NCBI GenBank assembly: GCA_001858525.1
Contig: LAPX01000008.1
Coordinates: 78,138-142,137, forward strand
Origin: Vampirovibrio chlorellavorus
GTDB taxonomy: Bacteria; Cyanobacteriota; Vampirovibrionia; Vampirovibrionales; Vampirovibrionaceae
Direction of reading: 5' to 3'
Length of the DNA stretch: 64,000 nucleotides
This document shows positions 47,240 to 55,544 of this stretch, piece by piece. The notes below the pieces were generated by a model. It worked only from the letters and a program-made list of their open reading frames with translations, ran no database searches and was not told the DNA's origin. Every line of letters begins with the position of its first letter. The stretch's first letter is position 1. A program made the position numbers and the translations under genes.

Positions 47240-47857
47240 ATGAACAGAAATCGGCTTCTGGTGATTCTGATGGCTGCCCTGATGGGCTGGGCCGTTCCTG
47301 AAATATGCGCCGCCATTGATGTAAACCCCGTGCGTGGCAAAGAACTGCGAGAGGCCAAGGCCTTTTTTACCCATCTGGCCTCCACCTCCAAAAATCCCCT
47401 CATTGTTAGCATGGCCGAAGAGAGCCTTAAAAAAATTGACGACAACAACAACGCCAACCGCCAAAGCACGCCCAAGGACCGGGCAGAAGTGACCCTGTTG
47501 CCACAAAGCGATAACACCTTTGTGGTGCCCGCTTTGGTGAATCGTCGGCACATGGCCACCTTCCTGGTGGATACCGGGGCCAGCTATACCGTCATTACCC
47601 CACAAATGGCCAAGGAACTGGGCATTCAAATCCCGGCGGATCATCCCACCTTACCAGTGACCACAGCCAACGGCACCCTGAATGCCCCGGTGGTCACCCT
47701 CAAGCAGGTTACCCTGGGTGGCATGCAGGTGAACAACGTGGAAGCGGTCATTACCGATTTGGGAGACACTCCACAGCTGTCCGGCCTACTGGGCATGAGC
47801 TTTTTCCGGGGTATGGATCTTTCCTTCAAGCAGGACAAGCTGGTCATCAGCCGATAA
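47240..47857 (+). CDS. retropepsin-like (clan AA) aspartic protease, secreted or membrane-anchored
   Basis: 205 aa; signal-like N-terminus (LLVILMAALMGWAVPEICAA), catalytic FLVDTGASYTVIT, and C-terminal GLLGMSFF typical of bacterial retropepsin-like proteases. Confidence 0.8.
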   Translation: MNRNRLLVILMAALMGWAVPEICAAIDVNPVRGKELREAKAFFTHLASTSKNPLIVSMAEESLKKIDDNNNANRQSTPKDRAEVTLLPQSDNTFVVPALVNRRHMATFLVDTGASYTVITPQMAKELGIQIPADHPTLPVTTANGTLNAPVVTLKQVTLGGMQVNNVEAVITDLGDTPQLSGLLGMSFFRGMDLSFKQDKLVISR

Positions 47858-47864
47858 GGGCTGA

Positions 47865-48359
47865 CTAACGCTCCGCGTTATCCGACTCAGGCTCCTCCGC
47901 ATCGGGCGATTGCTCGCTCATGCGGTTGAAGCTGTGATCCACGTCCAAGTCCAGGGTGCGTAGATTGATGGTGGTCTCGTAGGCCTCAATAATCACCGCG
48001 ATCAGCATGAGCACCAATCCGCTTAAAAAAGACCACACCGGCACCATCTCCCAGTGCACAAAATGCAACTTGGCCAGAGCAATGGAAACCGCCGTAAACA
48101 CCAGCATGCCCAAGGCCCCAAACAGAATAAACATGGCATTGCGAATCAGGTAAACCCGCTCCATGAAAAAGGGAATCTGCCGCTGGATGTTGGCAATGCG
48201 CTGGGCATCGCTGGTGTTTAACAATTCCCGGTTTAATTCCCGCACCCGGGTGGAGGCGGTGGAAAAGCGGGCGCTGATACCGTTGAGTAACAGGGCAATC
48301 CCGGTAATGGCCACGGCGGGCCCCAGGGACTCCGTGATAATGTCATTGGGGGGAATCAT
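47865..48359 (-). CDS. DUF2721 family membrane protein
   Basis: 164 aa; SLGPAVAITGIALLLNGISARFSTASTRVRELNRE matches the conserved DUF2721 N-terminus. Three TM helices. Confidence 0.7.
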   Translation of the reverse strand: MIPPNDIITESLGPAVAITGIALLLNGISARFSTASTRVRELNRELLNTSDAQRIANIQRQIPFFMERVYLIRNAMFILFGALGMLVFTAVSIALAKLHFVHWEMVPVWSFLSGLVLMLIAVIIEAYETTINLRTLDLDVDHSFNRMSEQSPDAEEPESDNAER

Positions 48360-48541
48360 GAAAAGGACCTTTCAACTATCAGGCGATGCGGGTGACTAGC
48401 TTTTAAAGAGGCTGAATTTTAAACGTAACTGAATTTCAGGGTGACTGTTTGAAACGGGATCACAAAACTGGGGATAAATCGGGGATAAGAGCATAAAAAA
48501 TGGAAACACGGATAAAGAAAAAGAAACAGGAGTACCCAAGA

Positions 48542-49627
48542 TTACGGGGACGGATGACTACCGGGTGGCAAAACCAGATTGGTGCTCCGCTGCTCGGGGT
48601 CCATAAACCATTCTTCCAGAATGATATTGAGACATGCAACCACCGGAATGGCCAGCACCAGACCCACCAGTCCAAACACCAGACCGCCCACCATCAGGGC
48701 CACCAAAATGGCCAGGGGATGCAGCCCCACGGCCCGACCCATGATCAAGGGACCAATAATATTGTTGGCCAGGGCCTGCACCACCACAAACAGTGTCAGC
48801 ACCCAGAAAGCCCCCCACCAGCCGATGGGACTAAATATGGCGATGACCAGCGCCACCACCATGGCGATATTTGGCCCCAAAATGGGAATGAGGGTCAACA
48901 GGCCACTAAGGGCACCCAGCAAAACCGCAAAGGGTGGAAATGGGCCGCCAATGGCAGACAACCCCATAGTAATCAGCCCCCCGAAGGTGGCCATAAATAG
49001 CAATTGCCCGGAAACAAAACCGCCGGTGCTGCGAATGAGATGATCGATCAAAGCCCGCAGCCGATCGTGATGACGGGCCGAGTGAAAGTGCAGGAAATAC
49101 CCTTCAATTTTTTCCCGATCCAACAGCAACAGCATGCTGATAATCAAAGCGCTGATTAAATCCAGACCAATCTGTGAAACCAACAGTGTTACGCCGGTAA
49201 ACCCGGATAAAACCAACCCGTTTTGCGCAGACAAATGCCGCATTAGCAATTCCGGGCTAAAGCTGGTCAGCAGGGGATAGCGTCGGCTGATAAAACTCCA
49301 CTGCCCGGCCCAGTTTTTAATGGCGTCCAGATAATGGGGCAAATCGCTGAGAAACAGGTTCAGCTGATTCCAGGTGATACTGGCCACCGGAATAATAATG
49401 CCCACAAACAAGGCAAACAGCACCACATACGGAATGAGCACCGACAACCAGCGGGGCAACTTCTGATCCAGAAACTCCACCACTGGCAACAGGGCACTGG
49501 CGAAAATAAAGGCCACAAAAACCACCACCAGTGCTTCCCGGGCCACAAACAACAAACAACCCAGCAAAACGAGTCCGACTGTCCAAAGCACGTTCTGACG
49601 AAATTGACTCACGGGCTCACCATCCAA
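48542..49627 (-). CDS. AI-2E family transporter (PerM/UPF0118)
   Basis: 361 aa, about 8 TM helices; typical ...LIPILGPNIAMVVALVIA... and VGLHPLAILVALMVGG segments. Confidence 0.85.
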   Translation of the reverse strand: MDGEPVSQFRQNVLWTVGLVLLGCLLFVAREALVVVFVAFIFASALLPVVEFLDQKLPRWLSVLIPYVVLFALFVGIIIPVASITWNQLNLFLSDLPHYLDAIKNWAGQWSFISRRYPLLTSFSPELLMRHLSAQNGLVLSGFTGVTLLVSQIGLDLISALIISMLLLLDREKIEGYFLHFHSARHHDRLRALIDHLIRSTGGFVSGQLLFMATFGGLITMGLSAIGGPFPPFAVLLGALSGLLTLIPILGPNIAMVVALVIAIFSPIGWWGAFWVLTLFVVVQALANNIIGPLIMGRAVGLHPLAILVALMVGGLVFGLVGLVLAIPVVACLNIILEEWFMDPEQRSTNLVLPPGSHPSP

Positions 49628-49809
49628 CTGAACGGGTATATGCTTCCCATTTTAATACAGTCCGGCCTGTTTTAGGGAGACTAAAAAGCGCCAATGGTCA
49701 GTTCGCTGGAAACTCAAAACTTTAAAAACACCCAGGGCAACGCCTTTGATCGCGCGCACCGGGTGAACGGATTCACCGAAACCCGAACGCCTGCATTGCC
49801 CAAACGCGC

Positions 49810-50196
49810 TTAGCTTTCCTTGGCAGCAGCCGGTTTGCGGCCTCGTTTGGCCGTCCCAATGGCTTTTACCTTATTCACGGAACCCGGCTTGCGTCCCCGT
49901 TTTTTAGCGGAACTGGACACTTTTGCCAACAAGCTAGTACCCGGTTTACGTCCCCGTTTTTTGGGGGCGTGGGGGGTTAAGGTTTCTACCGTTGCTTTCA
50001 GCTTGGGTTTACGCCCCCGCTTTTTAGGCGATTGAATCGTATCGTCAGTCGTTACCAGCAAAATAGCTTTGTTTTTACTGCCGGGTTTGCGTCCACGCTT
50101 TTTGGGCGCTTCGACAGCATCATCGGATTTACCGGTTAACTGGAAGTTCACGCAAAATGCCTTTAACTCTTCCAAAGTATCAAATTTAATGGCCAT
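49810..50196 (-). CDS. small basic protein with five KKRGRKP (AT-hook-like) repeats
   Basis: Start placed at ATG 50196 with an AAGGAG SD: MAIKFDTLEELKAFCVNFQL..., then PKKRGRKPGSKNK, PKKRGRKPKLK, PKKRGRKPGTS, AKKRGRKPGSV and AKRGRKPAAA. The ORF opens at TTG 50256. Confidence 0.75.
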   Translation of the reverse strand: MAIKFDTLEELKAFCVNFQLTGKSDDAVEAPKKRGRKPGSKNKAILLVTTDDTIQSPKKRGRKPKLKATVETLTPHAPKKRGRKPGTSLLAKVSSSAKKRGRKPGSVNKVKAIGTAKRGRKPAAAKES

Positions 50197-50658
50197 AACC
50201 GACTGAACTCCTTTTTTCCTTGATTCTAAAAAGCGGAGGCTATCAATAGCCAACAATTCTGGATGCTTCCTTGGCTAGAGGGTTCCCTGTTTGTGCATGA
50301 GCCGGGGCCAAAGAAACTGTGTGCCGGAGAAACGAGCAAGTCTGAGGCTGTATCCCAATACTGTAACCCTATACTCGATTGCGGGGCTCTCTCTAAATTT
50401 GCACCGGATTATAATTAACAGAATTGCCTGAATCGAATTAGACCGGCTGCTTGAAATGGTGTTGGTTTGAATTGAGGGCAATTATAATTTATAACCGTTA
50501 GATTCTAACTGAAAAAAATTGAAACAGGCAATATAAATCAGAAATAAATATTTAGTCCTTCAAAATCGCTTTACCTTGAAGTCTTGTGGGAAGCTGTTTT
50601 ACAATTTTCCCTGGTATAAAAAATCAAAAAATCAGGTAACGCTGAAAGTAGGACGCAC

Positions 50659-51423
50659 ATGGGGCTTGTCAAAAATCAGTCGGATTTACGAGCGCTCCGA
50701 CAGGCCGGAAAAATCACCCAGACCGTATTAGCCACCCTGCAAGCAAGCTGCCAGCCGGGAATCCAGATTTCGGCACTGGAGCAATTAGCGAATCAGCTTC
50801 TAGCCCAGCATCGTTCCACGGCCCCGTTTAAAAGTTTTAACGGCTTTAACCATGCCATTTGTGTGTCGGTAAATGATGAAATCGTGAACGGGCCGCCGTC
50901 TCGCCATCGGGAATTACAACCGGGCGATTTGGTCAGCATTGCCACCGCCGCCGAGCATCGTAATATTCACGCCAAAGCGGCCCGCAGCTTTTGGATCGGG
51001 GAGCCCCCTCAGCCAGAATGTCACAATCTGGTGAACGGCACTGCGGCGGTCATTCAGCGCGTGGTGGAAGCAGGACCTTCCCTGAAAACCCTGAACGAAT
51101 TACTCGCCCTCATTCCACAAACCGCCCAGGAATTTGGGCTGAGCGTCATCGCCGGTCTGGGCGGATCAGGCATTGGCAAGCAATTGCATGAGGCCCCCGA
51201 TGTGCCCAACGATCCGGCCGATTTGGACACAGTGGTGCCACTGACCCCAGGCCTCTGTTTTACCCTGATGCCCATGTTCTCGGTGGGCAGCAAGCAGTTT
51301 AAAGTGGCCGATGATGGCTGGACGTTTTTGACCGAAGACGGCAGCTTGGCCGCCCATGTGGCCGACACCCTGCTGGTCACAGAACACGGGCTGGTAAATA
51401 TCACCGGGGCCTGCGATTCCTGA
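50659..51423 (+). CDS. type I methionine aminopeptidase-fold protein lacking the metal ligands (probable pseudoenzyme)
   Basis: 254 aa, colinear with the MetAP pita-bread fold. Hand alignment to E. coli MetAP replaces H79, D97, D108, H171, E204 and E235 (see finding). Confidence 0.8.
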   Translation: MGLVKNQSDLRALRQAGKITQTVLATLQASCQPGIQISALEQLANQLLAQHRSTAPFKSFNGFNHAICVSVNDEIVNGPPSRHRELQPGDLVSIATAAEHRNIHAKAARSFWIGEPPQPECHNLVNGTAAVIQRVVEAGPSLKTLNELLALIPQTAQEFGLSVIAGLGGSGIGKQLHEAPDVPNDPADLDTVVPLTPGLCFTLMPMFSVGSKQFKVADDGWTFLTEDGSLAAHVADTLLVTEHGLVNITGACDS

Positions 51424-51521
51424 TCGCGGCAGCCTGATGACGACAAGATACTGAATTGAAGTCCTCCTTGACCCTGCTTGCTTCGGGGAGTAAGGTAAGG
51501 GCGTCCACGTATTGATATTAG

Positions 51522-52115
51522 ATGGAGAGCGTCTTGCCCATGATTAGTGAAACCCTGAAGGTAGAAACCTCAGCCTGCCACGATGCCATTGAAAACGCAA
51601 AGCGCTTTACCCGCCTGGGAAGCGAGGATTTTAGCCGAGACGAATACGTGGAAATGCTGAGCCGGTTTTACGGATTTTACAAACCGTTGGAAGAGGCATT
51701 TCGTGGCCACCCGGCTTTGATGGAAGCGTTAAATTACCAGCAGCGCTTTAAATTGCCTTTGCTTATTCAGGATTTAACCGATTTAGGCGTCAGCCCACAA
51801 GCCCTGGACGCCTTTCCGGTTTGCACGGACTTGCCCCCCACGGATTCCCTGCCACAGGCCCTTGGTTGTATTTACGTGATGGAAGGCTCCACCCACGGGG
51901 CCCAATTTATCGCCAAGCGGCTTCAGGCCCAACTCCAATTAGGAGATCAGGGACTCAGCTATTACCGGGGCTACGGGTCCCAGACCATGAGCCAGTGGAA
52001 AGCGTTCAAAGAATACCTCGATACCACCGTGCATACAGCGGAAGAGCCGACCGTGGTGCAAGCAGCCACCCAGGCGTTTCAATGTCTGCAACGCTGGATG
52101 GATAGTGACAATTAA
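51522..52115 (+). CDS. heme oxygenase (BphO-like)
   Basis: 197 aa; LKVETSACHDAIEN (proximal His helix) and YVMEGSTHGAQFIAKRL motifs of the Heme_oxygenase family. Alternative start ATG 51540. Confidence 0.7.
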   Translation: MESVLPMISETLKVETSACHDAIENAKRFTRLGSEDFSRDEYVEMLSRFYGFYKPLEEAFRGHPALMEALNYQQRFKLPLLIQDLTDLGVSPQALDAFPVCTDLPPTDSLPQALGCIYVMEGSTHGAQFIAKRLQAQLQLGDQGLSYYRGYGSQTMSQWKAFKEYLDTTVHTAEEPTVVQAATQAFQCLQRWMDSDN

Positions 52116-52142
52116 ACACAATTAAGAAGGACTACTGACTTT

Positions 52143-52439
52143 ATGTTTGCCGTGATTTTGACGTACAAACAACCCATGCCCTTGGTGGAAGCCCACACGG
52201 TAGCGCATCGGGCCTTTCTGGATCGCTATTATCAGCAAGGCGTCTTTTTGCTGTCCGGACGGCAAAATCCCCCACAAGGCGGGGTTATTCTGGCCAAAAC
52301 CGACACCAAAGAACACTTGCAAAAAATTCTGGCAGAAGACCCCTTTCATACCGAAGGCGTGGCCGATTACACCATTTACGAATTCACCCCCACCAAGTTT
52401 CAACCCTGCTTGGCAGAATGGCTGGGTGAAAAAGCTTAA
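52143..52439 (+). CDS. YciI family protein
   Basis: 98 aa; MFAVILTYKQP...HRAFLDRYYQQGVFLLSG...DPFHTEGVADYTIYEF is typical of YciI-like proteins. Confidence 0.75.
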   Translation: MFAVILTYKQPMPLVEAHTVAHRAFLDRYYQQGVFLLSGRQNPPQGGVILAKTDTKEHLQKILAEDPFHTEGVADYTIYEFTPTKFQPCLAEWLGEKA

Positions 52440-52614
52440 GCTTAAATCCGCCTGCATGCTTGATTCATCACGCTGTAAATTAGACCAATGAGCAACAAAG
52501 AACTAGCATAAACTCAGGAGATTCTAGACCAGCGAGCAATGGTTGCTTAGGCTGGGCTGTTTTTTAATGATGGGCACAAACACAGTCGTCTATTGTTAGA
52601 ATGAGGTTGCGACC

Positions 52615-52950
52615 ATGGTTGCCACATTGGTACAGCTCAGCGTTTTTCGTCGTCGAAAAGTGCGCGAACGCGTTTTGGATGCTCTGGAACAGTTTTATCA
52701 AAATGTGACCCTGCCGCTGGAGGATCACAACCGGGAGATCGATTCCGAGGCGCTGGAAGGCTTGCTGGTTCAAGTCCTGGGCGAACACTGGGTGGATGGG
52801 CTGGATTCCAGCCGCCAGCGAGAATTGCTGGAAGAACGCTACGAGCGCTTCTCCCGCCGCTTAAAAGCAGGCTTGAAACTCAAGTTAAAAACCCTGGGTC
52901 GTTTTGAAAGTTTGCAACTCAAACCCAGGCAGCCCAAACCAAAGCCTTAA
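52615..52950 (+). CDS. hypothetical protein
   Basis: 111-aa ORF, charged and helical. No family recognised. Confidence 0.4.
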   Translation: MVATLVQLSVFRRRKVRERVLDALEQFYQNVTLPLEDHNREIDSEALEGLLVQVLGEHWVDGLDSSRQRELLEERYERFSRRLKAGLKLKLKTLGRFESLQLKPRQPKPKP

Positions 52951-53645
52951 TGCGAATCTGATCCATTCTCCATCACAGATCTGGCGCCATCCAGCAAAGC
53001 TTCCTGAATCAGGGCCGCGCCGTGTTGTACAACCGGATCCCCATGGCCGGGCAGAATCATTTCAATATCCAGCCCGCGCAGCACTTGCAAGCCCTGTAAA
53101 GCATCTCGCTTACTGGCGTAGAATTCAGCAGGTAACATAGAGACCCGCTGGAACGGCTGACCAATCAGGGCATCGCCCACAATCAACATGCGGCTTTGGG
53201 GATGATACAGGGCACATTCGCCGGGTGTTTTCTGATCCTGAAGGGCAATACTCTGCCAGCCATTGGGAAACACCGTGCCGGCCCGGTATGTATGATCCGG
53301 CGGGTTGTCCAGCAAGGGCGTATCTACTTCCGGGGCGAACACCGGAATTCCAAAGGACTCCTGAAAGGCCCGACTGGCCCGCTGATGATCAACGTTGGTT
53401 AAAATAACGCTATGCGGCTTGGGCAGGGCTAAAAAAGCATCCAGCACTTCTGGCCCGGCACACGGCGGATCCACAATGAAGGCCTGCTGCCCCTGAGTCT
53501 GAATCAGGTAGCCGTTGCAGTCCATTTCCAAGGCATCGACATAGGTGGACCACAGCCAAACCCCTTCCGTGATGCGATGGGGAAAAGCCCTATCGGGTAG
53601 GCTCATGCCAGCGTGTTCGTAATGTTGATAAGGAATTTTTTTCAT
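52947..53645 (-). CDS. MBL-fold hydrolase-like protein with degenerate HxHxDH motif
   Basis: 232 aa; the beta-lactamase-fold order of motifs is kept (ILTNVDHQRA in place of HxHxDH, later GDALIG and LPGHG). Confidence 0.6.
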   Translation of the reverse strand: MKKIPYQHYEHAGMSLPDRAFPHRITEGVWLWSTYVDALEMDCNGYLIQTQGQQAFIVDPPCAGPEVLDAFLALPKPHSVILTNVDHQRASRAFQESFGIPVFAPEVDTPLLDNPPDHTYRAGTVFPNGWQSIALQDQKTPGECALYHPQSRMLIVGDALIGQPFQRVSMLPAEFYASKRDALQGLQVLRGLDIEMILPGHGDPVVQHGAALIQEALLDGARSVMENGSDSH

Positions 53646-53758
53646 GCCACTTTTCCTCCCGATTCCAGATCCGGTCAGCCAAGCATGGTGAGGTTTAATG
53701 ATGGGTTGGTTGTTTAGTTACCTTGGAGTTGCCTTGCGCCATTAAAATCCCGGCAAGC

Positions 53759-53977
53759 TTACCCCGCACTGGGAATTTGATCCTCAATCATCTGCTCCAT
53801 GTCATTATTGCCGGATCGTTGATTATTTTGGCGAGCCGCAACCCCCATGCGATCCCGCTCCTGACGCAAGAGACGGTTGATCAGGGCATTGGGATCGTCA
53901 TACCCAAGCTGGGTCCGCACTTGTTCTATAAACAGGGCGGTATCCTCATCCAGAGACAAAACAAAGGTGGTTTTCAT
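53759..53977 (-). CDS. ribbon-helix-helix (CopG-like) small protein
   Basis: Start placed at ATG 53977 with an AAGGAG SD. MKTTFVLSLDEDTALFIEQVRTQLGYDDPNALINRLLRQE fits a beta-strand plus two-helix RHH pattern. The ORF opens at 54082. Confidence 0.55.
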   Translation of the reverse strand: MKTTFVLSLDEDTALFIEQVRTQLGYDDPNALINRLLRQERDRMGVAARQNNQRSGNNDMEQMIEDQIPSAG

Positions 53978-54334
53978 CAGTAGGCTCCTTCTTGTATCGA
54001 CCACTTTTTTTCCTACAGTCAATGTATCGGGCTTGCCATTAGTCGGACAATTGCCCGTGCGTTTAGGCTGCTTAAAACTCAAAAAGTTAGCGGATCAGCT
54101 AGCCGAGTGTAGACGATCGGTGAATTGCTGTGTGCCGGTTGACTTGCCACAATAAGCATCTGTTTGCACAGATTTATTTAAATCTTTTTGAATCAATTTT
54201 AAATCTTGAATCCAATGGGATTCGAGAGCCTTTACCAGCGACCTGAGAGTATCCAGAAAATGTCCAAGGCCTTACTGGCAAAGGCGCTCCAAGTATCAAC
54301 CGGGAAATCTTACAAAACCAAAGGAGAAGCAATC

Positions 54335-54778
54335 ATGAGCGATCAAGATTATTCTGAAGAGTATGGCAGCGATAATAGCTATGTGAGTGACACAGCGGAA
54401 AAAGCCAAAGGTGGATTAACCGCCGTTAAAGAGCGGGTCAACGAACAGGCCAGCGAACTCAAGGGCAAACTGCGGGAACAGGCCTCCAGCCTGACCAATC
54501 AACTGGGCCAGAAAATTGATAATGCCCGTGGCAAAACCTCGGCCCAACTGCGCAACACGTCCAAACATATTGGAAATTTGGCCACCTATGTGGAAACCAA
54601 AGATGCCAAGGGCATGTCCGATGATTTGCTGCGCTCTTCCCGTGAATTGGTTCGCAAAAATCCCGGCAAAAGCCTAATCATCGGGCTGGTGGCTGGGGTC
54701 TTTCTGGGCCGATTATTCTTTGGTGAGCGGGCTTATCGCTATCCACTGTTCAGGCCGTTTCAAAATACGGACACTTAA
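54335..54778 (+). CDS. DUF883 (YqjD/ElaB-like) membrane-anchored stress protein
   Basis: Start placed at ATG 54335 with an AAGGAG SD. Long charged helix region, then C-terminal NPGKSLIIGLVAGVFLGRLF anchor, typical of the ElaB/YqjD/YgaM family. Confidence 0.7.
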   Translation: MSDQDYSEEYGSDNSYVSDTAEKAKGGLTAVKERVNEQASELKGKLREQASSLTNQLGQKIDNARGKTSAQLRNTSKHIGNLATYVETKDAKGMSDDLLRSSRELVRKNPGKSLIIGLVAGVFLGRLFFGERAYRYPLFRPFQNTDT

Positions 54779-54861
54779 CGAAAAATGTTCAGCCTGACTT
54801 TGCTCAGAAACTTCAGCACAGGCTTCCTGTGGCCAAATTCAGACGGAGGTAAATTTCAGGC

Positions 54862-55239
54862 ATGAGTGCATCATTGTTATCAGGGTCATCGGGTCGCCCA
54901 GACTCACTGACCTTCAGCCAATTGATTCGCGATTTAATCACCAAGGTGGGTGAACTCATGGTGACCCAAATTGCCCTGACCAAAGCGGAACTAAAGGCTG
55001 AAAGTCAAAAGTTAATGATTGCGGTGGTCTTGGGACTGGTTGCCCTCCTGGCAGGATTTACCAGCCTCTTGCTGGGTGGCATCAGCATCGTGCTATTGCT
55101 GTCTCAGTGGCTGCATGTGGTCTGGGCATCCCTGATTACCACGGGCTTGTATCTGCTCATGACCGGCCTGCTGGTTATGGGAATGGTCCTGGAGTTGCGT
55201 AAAAATAGCGAGCGCATGCAAGTGGATACCAAGCCCTAA
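54862..55239 (+). CDS. YqjE-like / phage-holin-family (DUF1469) membrane protein
   Basis: 125 aa; amphipathic N-terminus and two long TM helices. Sits directly after the DUF883 gene, as in the enterobacterial yqjD-yqjE-yqjK arrangement. Confidence 0.6.
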   Translation: MSASLLSGSSGRPDSLTFSQLIRDLITKVGELMVTQIALTKAELKAESQKLMIAVVLGLVALLAGFTSLLLGGISIVLLLSQWLHVVWASLITTGLYLLMTGLLVMGMVLELRKNSERMQVDTKP

Positions 55240-55271
55240 CGGCCAAATTGTTTTTAATAAAGGAGTCCGGT

Positions 55272-55544
55272 ATGACCACAATGGGCGAATTGCGTTCAAA
55301 GCGCCATATCAAGGAACAGGAAATTACAGAGATTGCCCACAAAATTGAAGACCGCCTGGATTTTTATCGAGACTGGCAGGAGCGGGTGAAAGACGCGCCC
55401 CTACGCAGTATTGGCTATGCCCTAGGCGCAGGCTTTTTGGTGGGAAGCGGGCTGTCTGGCGGGTGGTTTCGCCCGGTGACAAACCTGGCCAAACTGGCCA
55501 CATTGGGCTATGTAATAAACTGGCTGCGCACCCCCAAATCGTAG
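55272..55544 (+). CDS. small membrane protein, YqjK-position homolog
   Basis: Start placed at ATG 55272 with an AAAGGAG SD. 90 aa, one hydrophobic segment (IGYALGAGFLVGSGL). Confidence 0.5.
   Translation: MTTMGELRSKRHIKEQEITEIAHKIEDRLDFYRDWQERVKDAPLRSIGYALGAGFLVGSGLSGGWFRPVTNLAKLATLGYVINWLRTPKS

Noticed and set aside
48500-49043. His/Gln/Pro-rich plus-strand ORFs (166 and 154 aa)
   Set aside because: They are antisense to the well-supported AI-2E transporter gene, and their composition is typical of shadow frames.
53759-53977. RHH protein as the antitoxin of a toxin-antitoxin pair
   Set aside because: There is no small toxin-like ORF adjacent on the same strand; the next gene is an MBL-fold hydrolase after a 113-nt gap. 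The RHH call itself rests only on the secondary-structure pattern.
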